Source: Christensenella sp.
GTDB taxonomy: Bacteria > Bacillota > Clostridia > Christensenellales > CAG-138
Reading direction: 5' to 3'
DNA: 64,000 bases
Assembly: GCA_034926785.1 (NCBI GenBank)
Contig: JAYFQU010000017.1
Span: 50,794 to 114,793, forward strand
In this document: one piece after another, positions 55,227 to 64,000 of the stretch
Numbering within the stretch: position 1 is the first letter of the stretch
Layout of the letters: every line of letters begins with the position of its first letter
The notes under the pieces: generated by a model
Database searches by the model: none
What the model was told of the DNA's origin: nothing
Seen by the model: the letters and a program-made list of their open reading frames with translations, nothing else
Position numbers and translations under genes: made by a program

Positions 55227-56261
55227 CTATTCCAGCTCATGTTTGATCAGCCAATCCTTTCGCCAGAGTCCGCCGCCGTATCCCGTCAGCGCCCCATCCG
55301 CGCCGATAACACGATGGCAGGGTATGATGATCGCAATCCGGTTCATTCCATTGGCCGCACCGACCGCCCGAACCGCCCTGGGTTCGCCAATTTGCGCGGC
55401 TATATCGCCGTATGAGCGCATTACCCCATATGGTATTTCTCGGAGCGCACCCCAAACCCGCTGCTGGAAGGGTGTCCCCGGAGCATGCAGCCGAACATCA
55501 AAGGACGTGCGTGTTCCCTCGAAATACTCTGTGATTTCACGGATCGCATCGTCCGTAAACTGGTTTTTGCCCGGCAGAATTACGGCATCGAGCCTTCGTT
55601 GAAGATCCTGAAACTCGGACTCCAGCATGCGCCTATCGCCGAATTCCAGCAGACATACGCCCTCTTCGCTTGCCACGACAACCATTGGCCCAAGCGGCGC
55701 GTCGAACCGCTGATAGACCAGTTTGTTCTTTCTCTCGTGCCTGGCGCGTCCGGGAGCCGCTCCAATTGTCTTGTCAAATGCGGCGGAGAATCCACTCGCG
55801 GATGTATATCCGCTCTCCAATGCAGTCTCCAACACGCTGTTTCCTTCCCGCATTGCGCCAAACGCCGTGTTGATGCGGTTCATCCGGCAGAACGCCTGAA
55901 AGGTCATTCCATACTGCTTTTGAAACCAGCGTCGCAGCGTATTTGGGTCAAATCCGCGCTTGCGCAGCTCCCATTCGGTGATGCGAAAATCCGGCTGGGA
56001 TTCAACCTCCTTTAGCAGGGCGGCGATATCTTCCGGAATCCGGTTTGCGCTTTCCATCGGTCTGCAGATCTTGCAGGGACGGTAGCCTGCGGCCATCGCC
56101 TCCTGTATGGTATCGTAAAAAGCGACGTTCTCCCGCCTTGGTTTCCGCGCTGTGCAGGTGGTTCGGCAAAAGATGCCCGTAGTCTTCACCGCGGCAAAAA
56201 ATGCGCCGTCATAAGCGGTGTTTTTCTCAACCAGCGCATCGTATTTTTCTTGATCGGTCAT
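55227..56261 (-). CDS. ada: Ada-like bifunctional transcriptional activator / methylated-DNA-protein-cysteine methyltransferase
   Basis: Start at MTDQEKY (ATG 56261). Ada Zn-binding region (FCRTTCTARKPRREN...CKICRP), AraC-type HTH, and a C-terminal transferase with IIPCHRVI. Confidence 0.9.
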   Translation of the reverse strand: MTDQEKYDALVEKNTAYDGAFFAAVKTTGIFCRTTCTARKPRRENVAFYDTIQEAMAAGYRPCKICRPMESANRIPEDIAALLKEVESQPDFRITEWELRKRGFDPNTLRRWFQKQYGMTFQAFCRMNRINTAFGAMREGNSVLETALESGYTSASGFSAAFDKTIGAAPGRARHERKNKLVYQRFDAPLGPMVVVASEEGVCLLEFGDRRMLESEFQDLQRRLDAVILPGKNQFTDDAIREITEYFEGTRTSFDVRLHAPGTPFQQRVWGALREIPYGVMRSYGDIAAQIGEPRAVRAVGAANGMNRIAIIIPCHRVIGADGALTGYGGGLWRKDWLIKHELE

Positions 56262-56399
56262 GTGTTTCTTCCCCTTTCCCAAGGAGTATATCACGGCAAA
56301 GGAATTCTTCTCCACCGAAAAAACATCAAGTATAATCGCCCGCCCTCGCATGCAAGAAAGGCCGCCTGAGGCGGCCACAGAGTATCGACAAATCAATTT

Positions 56400-56466
56400 T
56401 GGGGTATGGGGGATTCGCAAAATCTCCCATCTTCTATCCATTTTAGCGACTCATTCGCTGGAATGG
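56400..56466 (+). repeat. Two-hairpin intergenic element, copy B
   Basis: GGGGGATT-CGCAA-AATCTCCC, then 16 nt, then AGCGA-CTCAT-TCGCT. Same spacing as copy A, with a compensatory G:C to A:T change in the second stem. Confidence 0.7.
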
Positions 56467-56606
56467 ACCAAGACCGCCAGAGGTGGCCATGCGTATCAAT
56501 TCATCGCAACTGCACCCCGGGCGCAACCCGGACGCATCCGTTTTGAACGGAGGCTCCGGGCAGCCTGTCTGGAAGAATCGACGATATTGCGAGCGGCAGG
56601 CGTGAT

Positions 56607-57185
56607 CTACCCTACAGGGTAATCCGCAGATTGCCGCAGACGGGATCGCAGCTTACCGATCGCCTCACGAATGATTTGATGCGCTTCGCTCTCACTCGGC
56701 GGCTCCAGTTCTCCATTTCTGAGTTGTTCCACGTAATCGGGCGTTTCATTCTCGCTGCCGTCATCGTAGTCGCAATAGCCTGTTTCATATCCCACATCGA
56801 ATTTCAGCGCCGCAGCTAGTTCTCCGCAGGCTCTTGGGTAGATGATCGATGTGGTGATGTTGTATTTCCAGTCATCGTCCCTCGGCTCACTTCCCCCGCT
56901 CACAAAGTACTCCTCATAGTCCGAATCAGTGGACGGCGTGTATAGATCTTCTAAAAAATCGAGCGCTTCTTGACTGCCCGTTTCTCCAAGCAATCTAATC
57001 GCCGCAAGCGCGTCGCTGAGCGAATAACGCTCAGGGTCGGGTATAAATTCATAGGGTTGCAGCACAGTTTTCCTGCTCCACCAATGCGGCTTGACCTCGC
57101 GATATCGCGTCTCCGCCGGATGAGTTACTTCTATGCCACAACGGGCAATCTTAAATTGATCCTTCATTTCCTCGGCACGCATCAT
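56607..57185 (-). CDS. Hypothetical acidic protein
   Basis: ATG 57185 follows GGAAAGAGAGGAAACG. 192 aa, Asp/Glu-rich. One HEAT-like stretch (LSDALAAIRLLGETGSQEALDFL). No family recognised. Confidence 0.55.
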   Translation of the reverse strand: MMRAEEMKDQFKIARCGIEVTHPAETRYREVKPHWWSRKTVLQPYEFIPDPERYSLSDALAAIRLLGETGSQEALDFLEDLYTPSTDSDYEEYFVSGGSEPRDDDWKYNITTSIIYPRACGELAAALKFDVGYETGYCDYDDGSENETPDYVEQLRNGELEPPSESEAHQIIREAIGKLRSRLRQSADYPVG

Positions 57186-57325
57186 CGTTTCCTCTCTTTC
57201 CAACGCGAAATCAGGAATCTACGCAATTTAATTGTAATGCGCGTCGATCCATGCGTTAATGCAGCACGGTATTCAAGCGGAGTTGTGATATGAAAACCAG
57301 CCGTTCTCATCAGCGGGCGCATTTT

Positions 57326-57700
57326 TCAGTACAGGATTCTGACGCTGATTGCAACAAGCAGCGCGCCGAGCGCAAAGCAGCTGATCGATAGCCAGTGCCC
57401 CAGATATTGCTTCAGTATCGCGGCAACAAAGTTAAACAATCCGATGCCGAAGATAAATGCGCCCAGCCAACCCAGCATCAGCCAGCCGCTGTTGGGCGCC
57501 GGACGGAGCACACCGGTATAAATAATCCAAACCAGTACTGGCCCCAGCAGGGAAAGGATAGCAGCAAACACGAGGAAACCATATGCATAAGGATGGTTCC
57601 GCCGAAAAGCGCGATCCGATGACAGATCGAAGAAAGAAGCGGCATTTTGAGGCATCCTCCAAAAGAAGCGGGATTGATTGGCATTCTCTTTTTTCTTCAT
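57326..57700 (-). CDS. Hypothetical membrane protein
   Basis: ATG 57700 follows AAGGGGGA. 124 aa with 3-4 TM helices. Confidence 0.55.
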   Translation of the reverse strand: MKKKENANQSRFFWRMPQNAASFFDLSSDRAFRRNHPYAYGFLVFAAILSLLGPVLVWIIYTGVLRPAPNSGWLMLGWLGAFIFGIGLFNFVAAILKQYLGHWLSISCFALGALLVAISVRILY

Positions 57701-57757
57701 ATCGGGGTCCCCCTTGCGCGTTCCTAGTTCCGGATAGCAGAAGCGGCGCAACGCGCG

Positions 57758-58369
57758 TCAAACATCTTGCAGGACATTCCGGCACGCTGTAGTAATCGCA
57801 TCAAACAGCACATAGATATCCTTGTATTTTTCATCATTGAGCGGGATGGTCAGCATATGATCATCCGATTCCTCGTCGATGATGATGGAAACCCCGTCGT
57901 CGGAGAGTGTCAGTGCAATTTCGTGTCCTTTATTTGTATAAACGATATTGATCATCTGGTTGCCGTCGTCCAGGTGTTCCAGTTTCCAGCGCTCAAAAAA
58001 ACCTTTCCCAATCACGCCCTCAAACCCGTCATATTGGTATTCTTCATAGATCTCCCGATAGATCGGATTGGTGATCTTTGTTTCCTCCGCCCCGAATGCC
58101 TTCACTTTTAAATCTTGCTCCACACGCACCATATGTTTCAGAATGAAGAGCCAACTCACGCATAGCAGTACAAAAGCGAATATGGAACTCAGCGTCAGCC
58201 AGTGGCTAAGCCCCAAGAGCACGGCGCAGAAACCAATCGATGCTCCAATCAGCAAGAGCAGGAGGTTCCATATCTTTGTCCGGCTTGCGATGATTTTTGT
58301 CCACCGCCTGTATTCGGCAACGCTCTGATTCTCCATGCTTTTCACCATCCTTCTCTCGGCTAAGTTCAT
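57758..58369 (-). CDS. Hypothetical membrane-anchored protein
   Basis: 203-aa ORF; internal ATG 58336 is also possible. Two N-terminal TM helices and an acidic ~110-aa C-terminal domain. Confidence 0.5.
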   Translation of the reverse strand: MNLAERRMVKSMENQSVAEYRRWTKIIASRTKIWNLLLLLIGASIGFCAVLLGLSHWLTLSSIFAFVLLCVSWLFILKHMVRVEQDLKVKAFGAEETKITNPIYREIYEEYQYDGFEGVIGKGFFERWKLEHLDDGNQMINIVYTNKGHEIALTLSDDGVSIIIDEESDDHMLTIPLNDEKYKDIYVLFDAITTACRNVLQDV

Positions 58370-58558
58370 TATATCTTGAATTTAAAAAGCCGCAACGTAT
58401 CGGTTCCCCCGCCGCCGAATTCACGTACTCCCCAAACAATCCGACTCGTGGGTTATCTGTCCGGGAAGTGCCGAATTCCTGCGCTCTATGGCGCCTTAAT
58501 CCCGCTTTTTCTATAAGCCCCAAAGCATCGGCGGCGCCTTACGACACGCCAATCGGTG

Positions 58559-59170
58559 TTAACATCCGTAACGGCTTAGAAAAGTAGCGATGATTTCGTC
58601 CAGCAAACCATCCGCATTTCGCAAACTTGCACCATCCGTGAACAGAGCCGGGTACGTTAGGCAGCCTTCAACCAATCCGTAAAAAATCCGAGCGGCAAGC
58701 TCGGGGGACTGAAATCTTAACTTCTGATTTTCCTGTGCGGCATTAAGCCATGCGATAAAAGCTTTGTGGGGCTCAAACTGACTTCGTGTTTTCCTCCCAA
58801 AATCAAGATCCATCAGAAAAACGGAGGTGAATAGCTTTGATAACCCCCTGCGGACAGGGTCGTTAATCAAAAAAAGTTCCGCCTTTGCAAATTCCTTTAG
58901 TTGTTCCTCAAGGGATTGGGCCGACGTATATTGAATGGGTTTTCTTTCATCGCGCTGCTTCAGAAAATCCGCAACGATTGCCTGAAATAGATCTTCCTTG
59001 CTTGGAAAATGGTTGTAGATCGTGCGCTTTGATACGCCGGCAACCTCCGCAATGCGATCCATGCTGGACGCATCAAACCCATTTTGGGTAAAGACCTTGA
59101 CCGCGCCTTCCAGAATAGCCTTGCGCTTTTGGCTGGTATCTCGTTTTTTTCTGGTTTTTATCTCCGTCAT
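58559..59170 (-). CDS. TetR/AcrR-family transcriptional regulator
   Basis: 203 aa. N-terminal HTH reads AILEGAVKVFTQNGFDASSMDRIAEVAGVSKRTIYNHFPSKEDLF. Confidence 0.93.
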   Translation of the reverse strand: MTEIKTRKKRDTSQKRKAILEGAVKVFTQNGFDASSMDRIAEVAGVSKRTIYNHFPSKEDLFQAIVADFLKQRDERKPIQYTSAQSLEEQLKEFAKAELFLINDPVRRGLSKLFTSVFLMDLDFGRKTRSQFEPHKAFIAWLNAAQENQKLRFQSPELAARIFYGLVEGCLTYPALFTDGASLRNADGLLDEIIATFLSRYGC

Positions 59171-59217
59171 ATTCCGTCGTCCGCCTTAATTATTACACTG
59201 ATTAGTGCAATTTATTG

Positions 59218-59246
59218 TTGACAACAAATAAATTACACCGTATAGT
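59218..59246 (+). promoter_or_regulatory. Promoter of the DUF4386 gene (divergent from tetR)
   Basis: TTGACA, then a 17-nt spacer, then TATAGT (immediately followed by TATAAT). It overlaps an ATTACAC repeat that is a plausible TetR operator. Confidence 0.6.
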
Positions 59247-59288
59247 ATAATATATTAGAATTCCGAACGCAAGGAGTGGCGAAGTATT

Positions 59289-60020
59289 ATGGAAAAAACA
59301 CAGGGGGAAATCTTAATACCAGAACAAAAAGACGCAAGACGAGCTGGGGGCTTATATCTTGCGTTTGTTCTAACATGCATCTTTGCCGGCGTTGTCCGTT
59401 CCAAATTGATTGTCTATGGGGACGCCTCGATTACAGCCGATCTGATACGGAATTCGATGTGGTTGCTTCGTATCAGCTTTGTCGATGATCTCGTCTCCGC
59501 CGTTTTATTCCTCTTGGCAGGCTGGTCGCTCTACGTCCTTCTAAAGTCGGTTCATAAAAATCTTGCGCTGCTGTTCCTGCTGCTGAATACCGCAGGCGTT
59601 GCCGTGCAATGCGTTAGTCTGCTGTTTCTATTTGCTCCGATCATGATTCATAGCAGCGCGGATTTTCAAAAAACTTTTTCGTCCGACCAGCTCAACGTTC
59701 TGGTTTCGCTGTTTTTCAACCTCCATAAAAGCGGGTTTACCATCGCCCAGATTTTTTTCGGAACATGGCTCTTTCCGCTTGGGTATCTGGTCTATCAGTC
59801 AGGGTTTCTTCCGAAATGGCTTGGAATATTATTGATGGCCGACTGTGTCGGCTGCCTGATATGGTTCTTTCAGTTTTTTCTTTTCCCCGGTTATGAAATC
59901 ATTACCTATCCGGGGCTCGCAATCGGTTTTATCGCGGAATTCACGCTAAGCTTATGGTTGATATTTGTGGGTACGAAAGCGCAGAAAGCGGTTGCCGTCA
60001 AGGCGCGTCATACCGCATAA
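59289..60020 (+). CDS. DUF4386-family membrane protein
   Basis: 243 aa. RBS AAGGAG. Multi-TM pattern and an N-terminal region resembling DUF4386 as I recall it. Confidence 0.65.
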   Translation: MEKTQGEILIPEQKDARRAGGLYLAFVLTCIFAGVVRSKLIVYGDASITADLIRNSMWLLRISFVDDLVSAVLFLLAGWSLYVLLKSVHKNLALLFLLLNTAGVAVQCVSLLFLFAPIMIHSSADFQKTFSSDQLNVLVSLFFNLHKSGFTIAQIFFGTWLFPLGYLVYQSGFLPKWLGILLMADCVGCLIWFFQFFLFPGYEIITYPGLAIGFIAEFTLSLWLIFVGTKAQKAVAVKARHTA

Positions 60021-60034
60021 AGAAAGGGGGATCC

Positions 60035-60496
60035 ATGGAAACGCAAATCATTGGCCGGGGTAAGCGGCAAAAGCCATACGGGTTCTCCAGGGAGTTGTTC
60101 CGGCTGGCGATTTCGGGTGGAATTGTTTTTTGGATGATATCCATCCTAACCTCCCTGCTTCCTCTCGCGGCAAACTATCGAGCGGCTTTTTCAAATTGGA
60201 GGATTCAAGCAGTTTGGATTGCTTCTTTGCCAATGGGATTGATGATCGGGTTCTGCGTCAGCTATTGTTTTCTTCGGCTCTTGAAAAGGGCTCCGACTAA
60301 AAGCCCCGTTCGAAAAGCCGTGATGATCAGCTCGGCCGCCTTGATCGCCGCCACAGTCCTGATTGATCTCCCCATGATGTTACGTGAGTCAGGCGGCGCA
60401 TTGTATTACTTCATGATCGGCGTCGTTTTTAACGCGGTAAGATTTCTTTCTCTGGGAATTACCATTGGTTATCAATATAAAAAGCGGTACGGCTGA
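60035..60496 (+). CDS. Hypothetical membrane protein
   Basis: ATG 60035 follows AAAGGGGGA. 153 aa with four TM helices. Confidence 0.55.
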   Translation: METQIIGRGKRQKPYGFSRELFRLAISGGIVFWMISILTSLLPLAANYRAAFSNWRIQAVWIASLPMGLMIGFCVSYCFLRLLKRAPTKSPVRKAVMISSAALIAATVLIDLPMMLRESGGALYYFMIGVVFNAVRFLSLGITIGYQYKKRYG

Positions 60497-60863
60497 TCCC
60501 GAATCGGTCAAGCAATCCGATTCAATTCAATTGAACCGGATGGTTTCTAATCAACCTCGGTCGATCGGAAAAAGCCGGGGAATCGCCCTTGGTAATCAAA
60601 AAGACAACCCCTTTTTCGCTAAAAAGCCGGGTTGTCCAGGAGTTGCAAAATAGGTTCTGTTCCGCTCGCCGCTCCCGCGGGCGGTGCGTTGGTGTCGCAG
60701 GTCAACGGCTCAGTGGGCGCGACACTCCAGCCCAGGTTCTTTTCTTTCCGGGGGGCAGGTGCAAAATCGCAGCGAAGCGGTTGCACCTGCCCTCTTAGGT
60801 TAGCGTTTGTTCCCTGTTCCCTTTGGCGCCGCCGCTGCCAGCCGGTCAGCTGCGGGCAAATGA

Positions 60864-61928
60864 TCAACCGAACGCTTCCGTCGTCGTAGTGGTATAGAGG
60901 TCAAGCGCGGTCAGAAGGCCCGGCTTCGCCTTTACAACCTGCGGTATCGCATTCAGGGCCCGCATGCAGACCATCGAATAGCCCCATGCCTGATCGTTTG
61001 CGGAGAAGTCGCAGTTGAGGTTGGGGGCTCCCGTAACCGTTATTCTGTAAACCATGCCGGGTGCGAATTCCCATTCAGGCGCAACATCGGCACCCATCCG
61101 GTTGACTGCGCCCACCGTGATGGCATCTTTTCCGTTGATCACGCCGGTGATCGAGAGGCGTACTGCGCCGACCGTGCCGGCAGGAATGACACCATATCCA
61201 ACAGGCAGATCATGATCCGTCAAGGCTTTCTCGTAGCTGGTTTTATAAGACTCCACCGGATAGCCGAGCGACTCGGCAATCAAATCCACACAAGGTCCCC
61301 AGGTTGCCTGCATGAACGCAGGATTCTCGCAGGCCGCCACAAAATCTTTGGGCATGCCAAAGCCACGGCCGGTTTTCATCTCGAATTCATTCGGCGCCAT
61401 GGAATAATCGCAAATTTCAATTGCACGCACGCTGTCTACACGATCCGCTACTGAGAGCAGTGTAGACACAAGGTAATCGCAGGAGAAGCCCGGGTGAATG
61501 CCGGACATGAAGAAGCAGGCCCCGCCCTTTTCACAGGCGTCTTTCAGCTTTGCAATTGCCGCTTTGTTGTGGTGCGTCTCCGGATGAATCATTGTGGACA
61601 GCGAAGTGCCCACAACATGGATTCCCGCAAGCAGGAATTTCTCCGCGATCGGCACTGCAATATCCTCCAAATTCGGTCCGTTTACGCCAATAAATGCACA
61701 ATCGGGCTTCAGCGCAATCAGTGCATCCATATCGCCCGTTACCTTTACCCCCGTATGAACACCGCCAGCAAAGCGGATCTCGCCGGCATCCTTTCCAATG
61801 TCCGCCGCCGCGGTTTCAGGATGCGCCCATACACCAACGAGCTCAAAGCCTTTTCGCCGTGCAATCGCCTCGATTGCGTAGGAACTGACGTTACCGGTGC
61901 CCAACACAACCACTCTGATTTTTCCCAT
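60864..61928 (-). CDS. DapB-N-like NAD(P)-dependent amine dehydrogenase-family protein
   Basis: Start at MGKIRVVVLGTGNVSSY (Rossmann GxGxxS) at ATG 61928. 354 aa. The size and layout match 2,4-diaminopentanoate-dehydrogenase-like enzymes. Confidence 0.6.
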   Translation of the reverse strand: MGKIRVVVLGTGNVSSYAIEAIARRKGFELVGVWAHPETAAADIGKDAGEIRFAGGVHTGVKVTGDMDALIALKPDCAFIGVNGPNLEDIAVPIAEKFLLAGIHVVGTSLSTMIHPETHHNKAAIAKLKDACEKGGACFFMSGIHPGFSCDYLVSTLLSVADRVDSVRAIEICDYSMAPNEFEMKTGRGFGMPKDFVAACENPAFMQATWGPCVDLIAESLGYPVESYKTSYEKALTDHDLPVGYGVIPAGTVGAVRLSITGVINGKDAITVGAVNRMGADVAPEWEFAPGMVYRITVTGAPNLNCDFSANDQAWGYSMVCMRALNAIPQVVKAKPGLLTALDLYTTTTTEAFG

Positions 61929-62078
61929 AATTCTAATTACCTTTCTTATTCTTTTTATACCAAATACCGATTTGCGAAGTCGGCTTGGCTGCTGCGGTAA
62001 AATGAAACCCGCCACCCGACAGCTTCCGTTCAAAACAAAACCCGGAGCGGCGGAGCACAAATTTCCAACAACGCGGGC

Positions 62079-64000
62079 TTAAAGCTGAAGGGCGGTGTAA
62101 TAACCGTCCGAAACCGCCGCTGCGATCGAATCGGGCGTTTTGCTGTCGCCCACATTATATAGTTCGTCAACCTTGCCTTTTAGTTGCTCATATAAACCGC
62201 TATTGGGCTTGTAACCCACCGAAACGATAACGGTGTCGGCCTCCAGCGTTTGCTCCCGTCCATCGGGCAGCAGGACGTTGACGGAGTTGCCCGTAATGGA
62301 CAGACATTTGGTCCCCGTCAGCGACTGTACCCCCAGTAAGTTCAGGTGCCCCAGCAATATGGTGCGCGCAACGTTCACCATCTTCGCCGCAAGATCAGGC
62401 AGCATCTCCACAATCGTTACCGTCTTCCCCTGCCCGCCAAGCAACTCTGCAATTTCACAGCCCACTAGGCCGCCGCCAATAATAACCACCTTTGGGCCGA
62501 TCGGCTTGCCGTCCAAAGCCTCTCTCGCCTCCACCACGGTGGCGCCGTCAACGCCGGGAATCGGCGGAATCACCGGCAATACGCCCGTGGCGGTAATCAC
62601 GGCATCCGGCTTTTGTGCCAAAATATCCTCCGCCGTCACTTCCTGATTCAAAACAACCGTCACGCCGTGATAGGCAAGCTGTTTTTCGAGATAGGGGATC
62701 AACGGAGCCATGTTTTCCTTGTGCGGTGGGATCTCTGCTTCGCGCAGTTGGCCGCCGATTCGATCGGTCTTTTCATAAAGCACCACTTCATGCCCGCGCA
62801 TAGCGGCAATGCGTGCCGCTTCCACGCCCCCAACGCCGCCGCCAACCACGACCACTTTCTTTTTAACGGGAGCGCAGGGGATATCATAGTCGTTCTTACC
62901 GCGGCCAAGCACGGCATTGCCGGAACACATGGCACATGCGCCCGCTTGCAGCTGCGCATCGATACATTTGCCGCATCCGATGCAGGGGCGGATGAGGTCC
63001 TCTTTGCCTTCCTGCACAAGATTGACCCAGTCGGGTTGCGCAAGCAGCTGCTTTCCGATGAATACAAAATCCACCGTTTTCTTTTCAAGCGCTTTTTCGG
63101 CAATATCCGGATGGCCGGCACGCCCTCCGCCGATCAGCTTCACCCTGAGCGGCCGAAAATATTTCAGGCCGTATGTCAGTTTGAGCAATGTGCAAAGTGG
63201 AAGCGCGGTTCCTTTTCTCATGCCGCTGTCGGGAACGTCTTTCAGAGTCGGCGTATCGCTCCATACGCCTCCCAACACCTCTATCGCGTTTACGCCGGCT
63301 TGCTGAAAGCGTTTTGTAAAATAAGCGCCTTCTCCGAGCGTAATGCCTCCGTCTTTGCCCATTTCCCAGATCGAAAGTTTCACGGCAATCGGGAAATCGT
63401 CTCCGGTGAGCTGTTTGATTTTTTGGATGACGTTCATATGGAACCGGATACGGTTTTCCTTGCTGCCGCCGTATTCGTCCGTTCTAAGATTCGCTTTGGA
63501 AGAAAGGAATTGCTGACCTAAATAATATCCGGTACAATGAAACTCAATCCCGTCAAAACCGGCTTTTTGCGCCCGCAGGGCGGCCTCCGCGTACTTGTCC
63601 TCAATGGCTTTGATTTCATCGATCGCCAACGCACGCGGTGTTTCGTTACCGTATCCGATCATAAATGAATAGGTTAGGCCGACCGCGGAAGGTCCCACCG
63701 GTTGTTCGCCGATGTATTTGCGGCGCGCACCCCGCCCCGTATGGCTGATCTGCAAAAAGCATTTGGCGCCGTGCTTGTGAATTGCATCCGCCAGTTTCTT
63801 CATGCCGGGAATGTATTTATCATCGTCGATTACCAGCATATTGGCGGTATTTCGGCCCAGCGGGGTATCTACGCAGGTAACCTCCACCATGATCAGCCCC
63901 ACGCCCCCTTTGGCGCGCGCTTCATAGTGATTGATCACGGCATCGTTGACAAAGCCCGCGTCGCTTTGATTCATGCCCATCGCCGCCATGACAACGCGGT
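62079..64000 (-). CDS. OYE-type FMN / FAD-NAD(P) oxidoreductase (2-enoate reductase / 2,4-dienoyl-CoA reductase family), 5' end outside window
   Basis: The frame is open to the window edge (...RVVMAAMG). TIM-barrel FMN part, CIGCGKC...C cluster motif, and two Rossmann motifs (VVVVGGGVGGVEAA, VVIIGGGLVGCE). Confidence 0.88.
   Translation of the reverse strand, partial: RVVMAAMGMNQSDAGFVNDAVINHYEARAKGGVGLIMVEVTCVDTPLGRNTANMLVIDDDKYIPGMKKLADAIHKHGAKCFLQISHTGRGARRKYIGEQPVGPSAVGLTYSFMIGYGNETPRALAIDEIKAIEDKYAEAALRAQKAGFDGIEFHCTGYYLGQQFLSSKANLRTDEYGGSKENRIRFHMNVIQKIKQLTGDDFPIAVKLSIWEMGKDGGITLGEGAYFTKRFQQAGVNAIEVLGGVWSDTPTLKDVPDSGMRKGTALPLCTLLKLTYGLKYFRPLRVKLIGGGRAGHPDIAEKALEKKTVDFVFIGKQLLAQPDWVNLVQEGKEDLIRPCIGCGKCIDAQLQAGACAMCSGNAVLGRGKNDYDIPCAPVKKKVVVVGGGVGGVEAARIAAMRGHEVVLYEKTDRIGGQLREAEIPPHKENMAPLIPYLEKQLAYHGVTVVLNQEVTAEDILAQKPDAVITATGVLPVIPPIPGVDGATVVEAREALDGKPIGPKVVIIGGGLVGCEIAELLGGQGKTVTIVEMLPDLAAKMVNVARTILLGHLNLLGVQSLTGTKCLSITGNSVNVLLPDGREQTLEADTVIVSVGYKPNSGLYEQLKGKVDELYNVGDSKTPDSIAAAVSDGYYTALQL

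Overview
GC-rich, gene-dense chromosomal segment. It looks like a high-GC Clostridia genome, based on a Prp-processed L27 operon, buk/ptb, a BceRS-AB module and an MBG/Listeria-Bacteroides-repeat surface protein. I support about 60 protein genes and one tRNA-Leu(CAA). I found no rRNA, CRISPR array, transposase, integrase or phage gene. Housekeeping content: rplU-prp-rpmA, RNase G/E with the TIGR03960/TIGR03936 radical-SAM pair, gdhA, alr, nnr, recX, mscL, msrAB, cysteine desulfurase plus thiI, and an ABC-F ATPase. Accessory content: GH13 and GH3 glycosidases, a NahK-like kinase, a BceRS/BceAB peptide-antibiotic module, a buk-ptb-iorAB-aminotransferase operon, a TupABC-like transporter, Ada, and a TetR/DUF4386 pair. 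Main hunt results follow. (1) On the minus strand at about 26.73-26.82 kb there is a sequence I read as a class-I c-di-GMP (GEMM-I) riboswitch, with its own promoter and terminator. It sits upstream of a four-gene operon: secreted protein, minimal nucleotidyltransferase (MNT), cupin-HD-GYP, HEPN. This is a HEPN/MNT toxin-antitoxin-like pair split by a cyclic-dinucleotide-phosphodiesterase-type protein and apparently placed under second-messenger RNA control; I do not know of a described equivalent. (2) A 1,929-codon surface-protein gene is split by one in-frame TGA inside a 399-bp-period tandem repeat whose sister copy has TCA at that position. (3) A roughly 65-nt two-hairpin element occurs twice (16.6 kb and 56.4 kb) with a compensatory base-pair change. 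(4) A Moco/Tuco-riboswitch-like leader precedes a TupA-like binding protein that appears circularly permuted. All homology calls come from motifs recognised by eye; no database search, covariance model or folding program was run.
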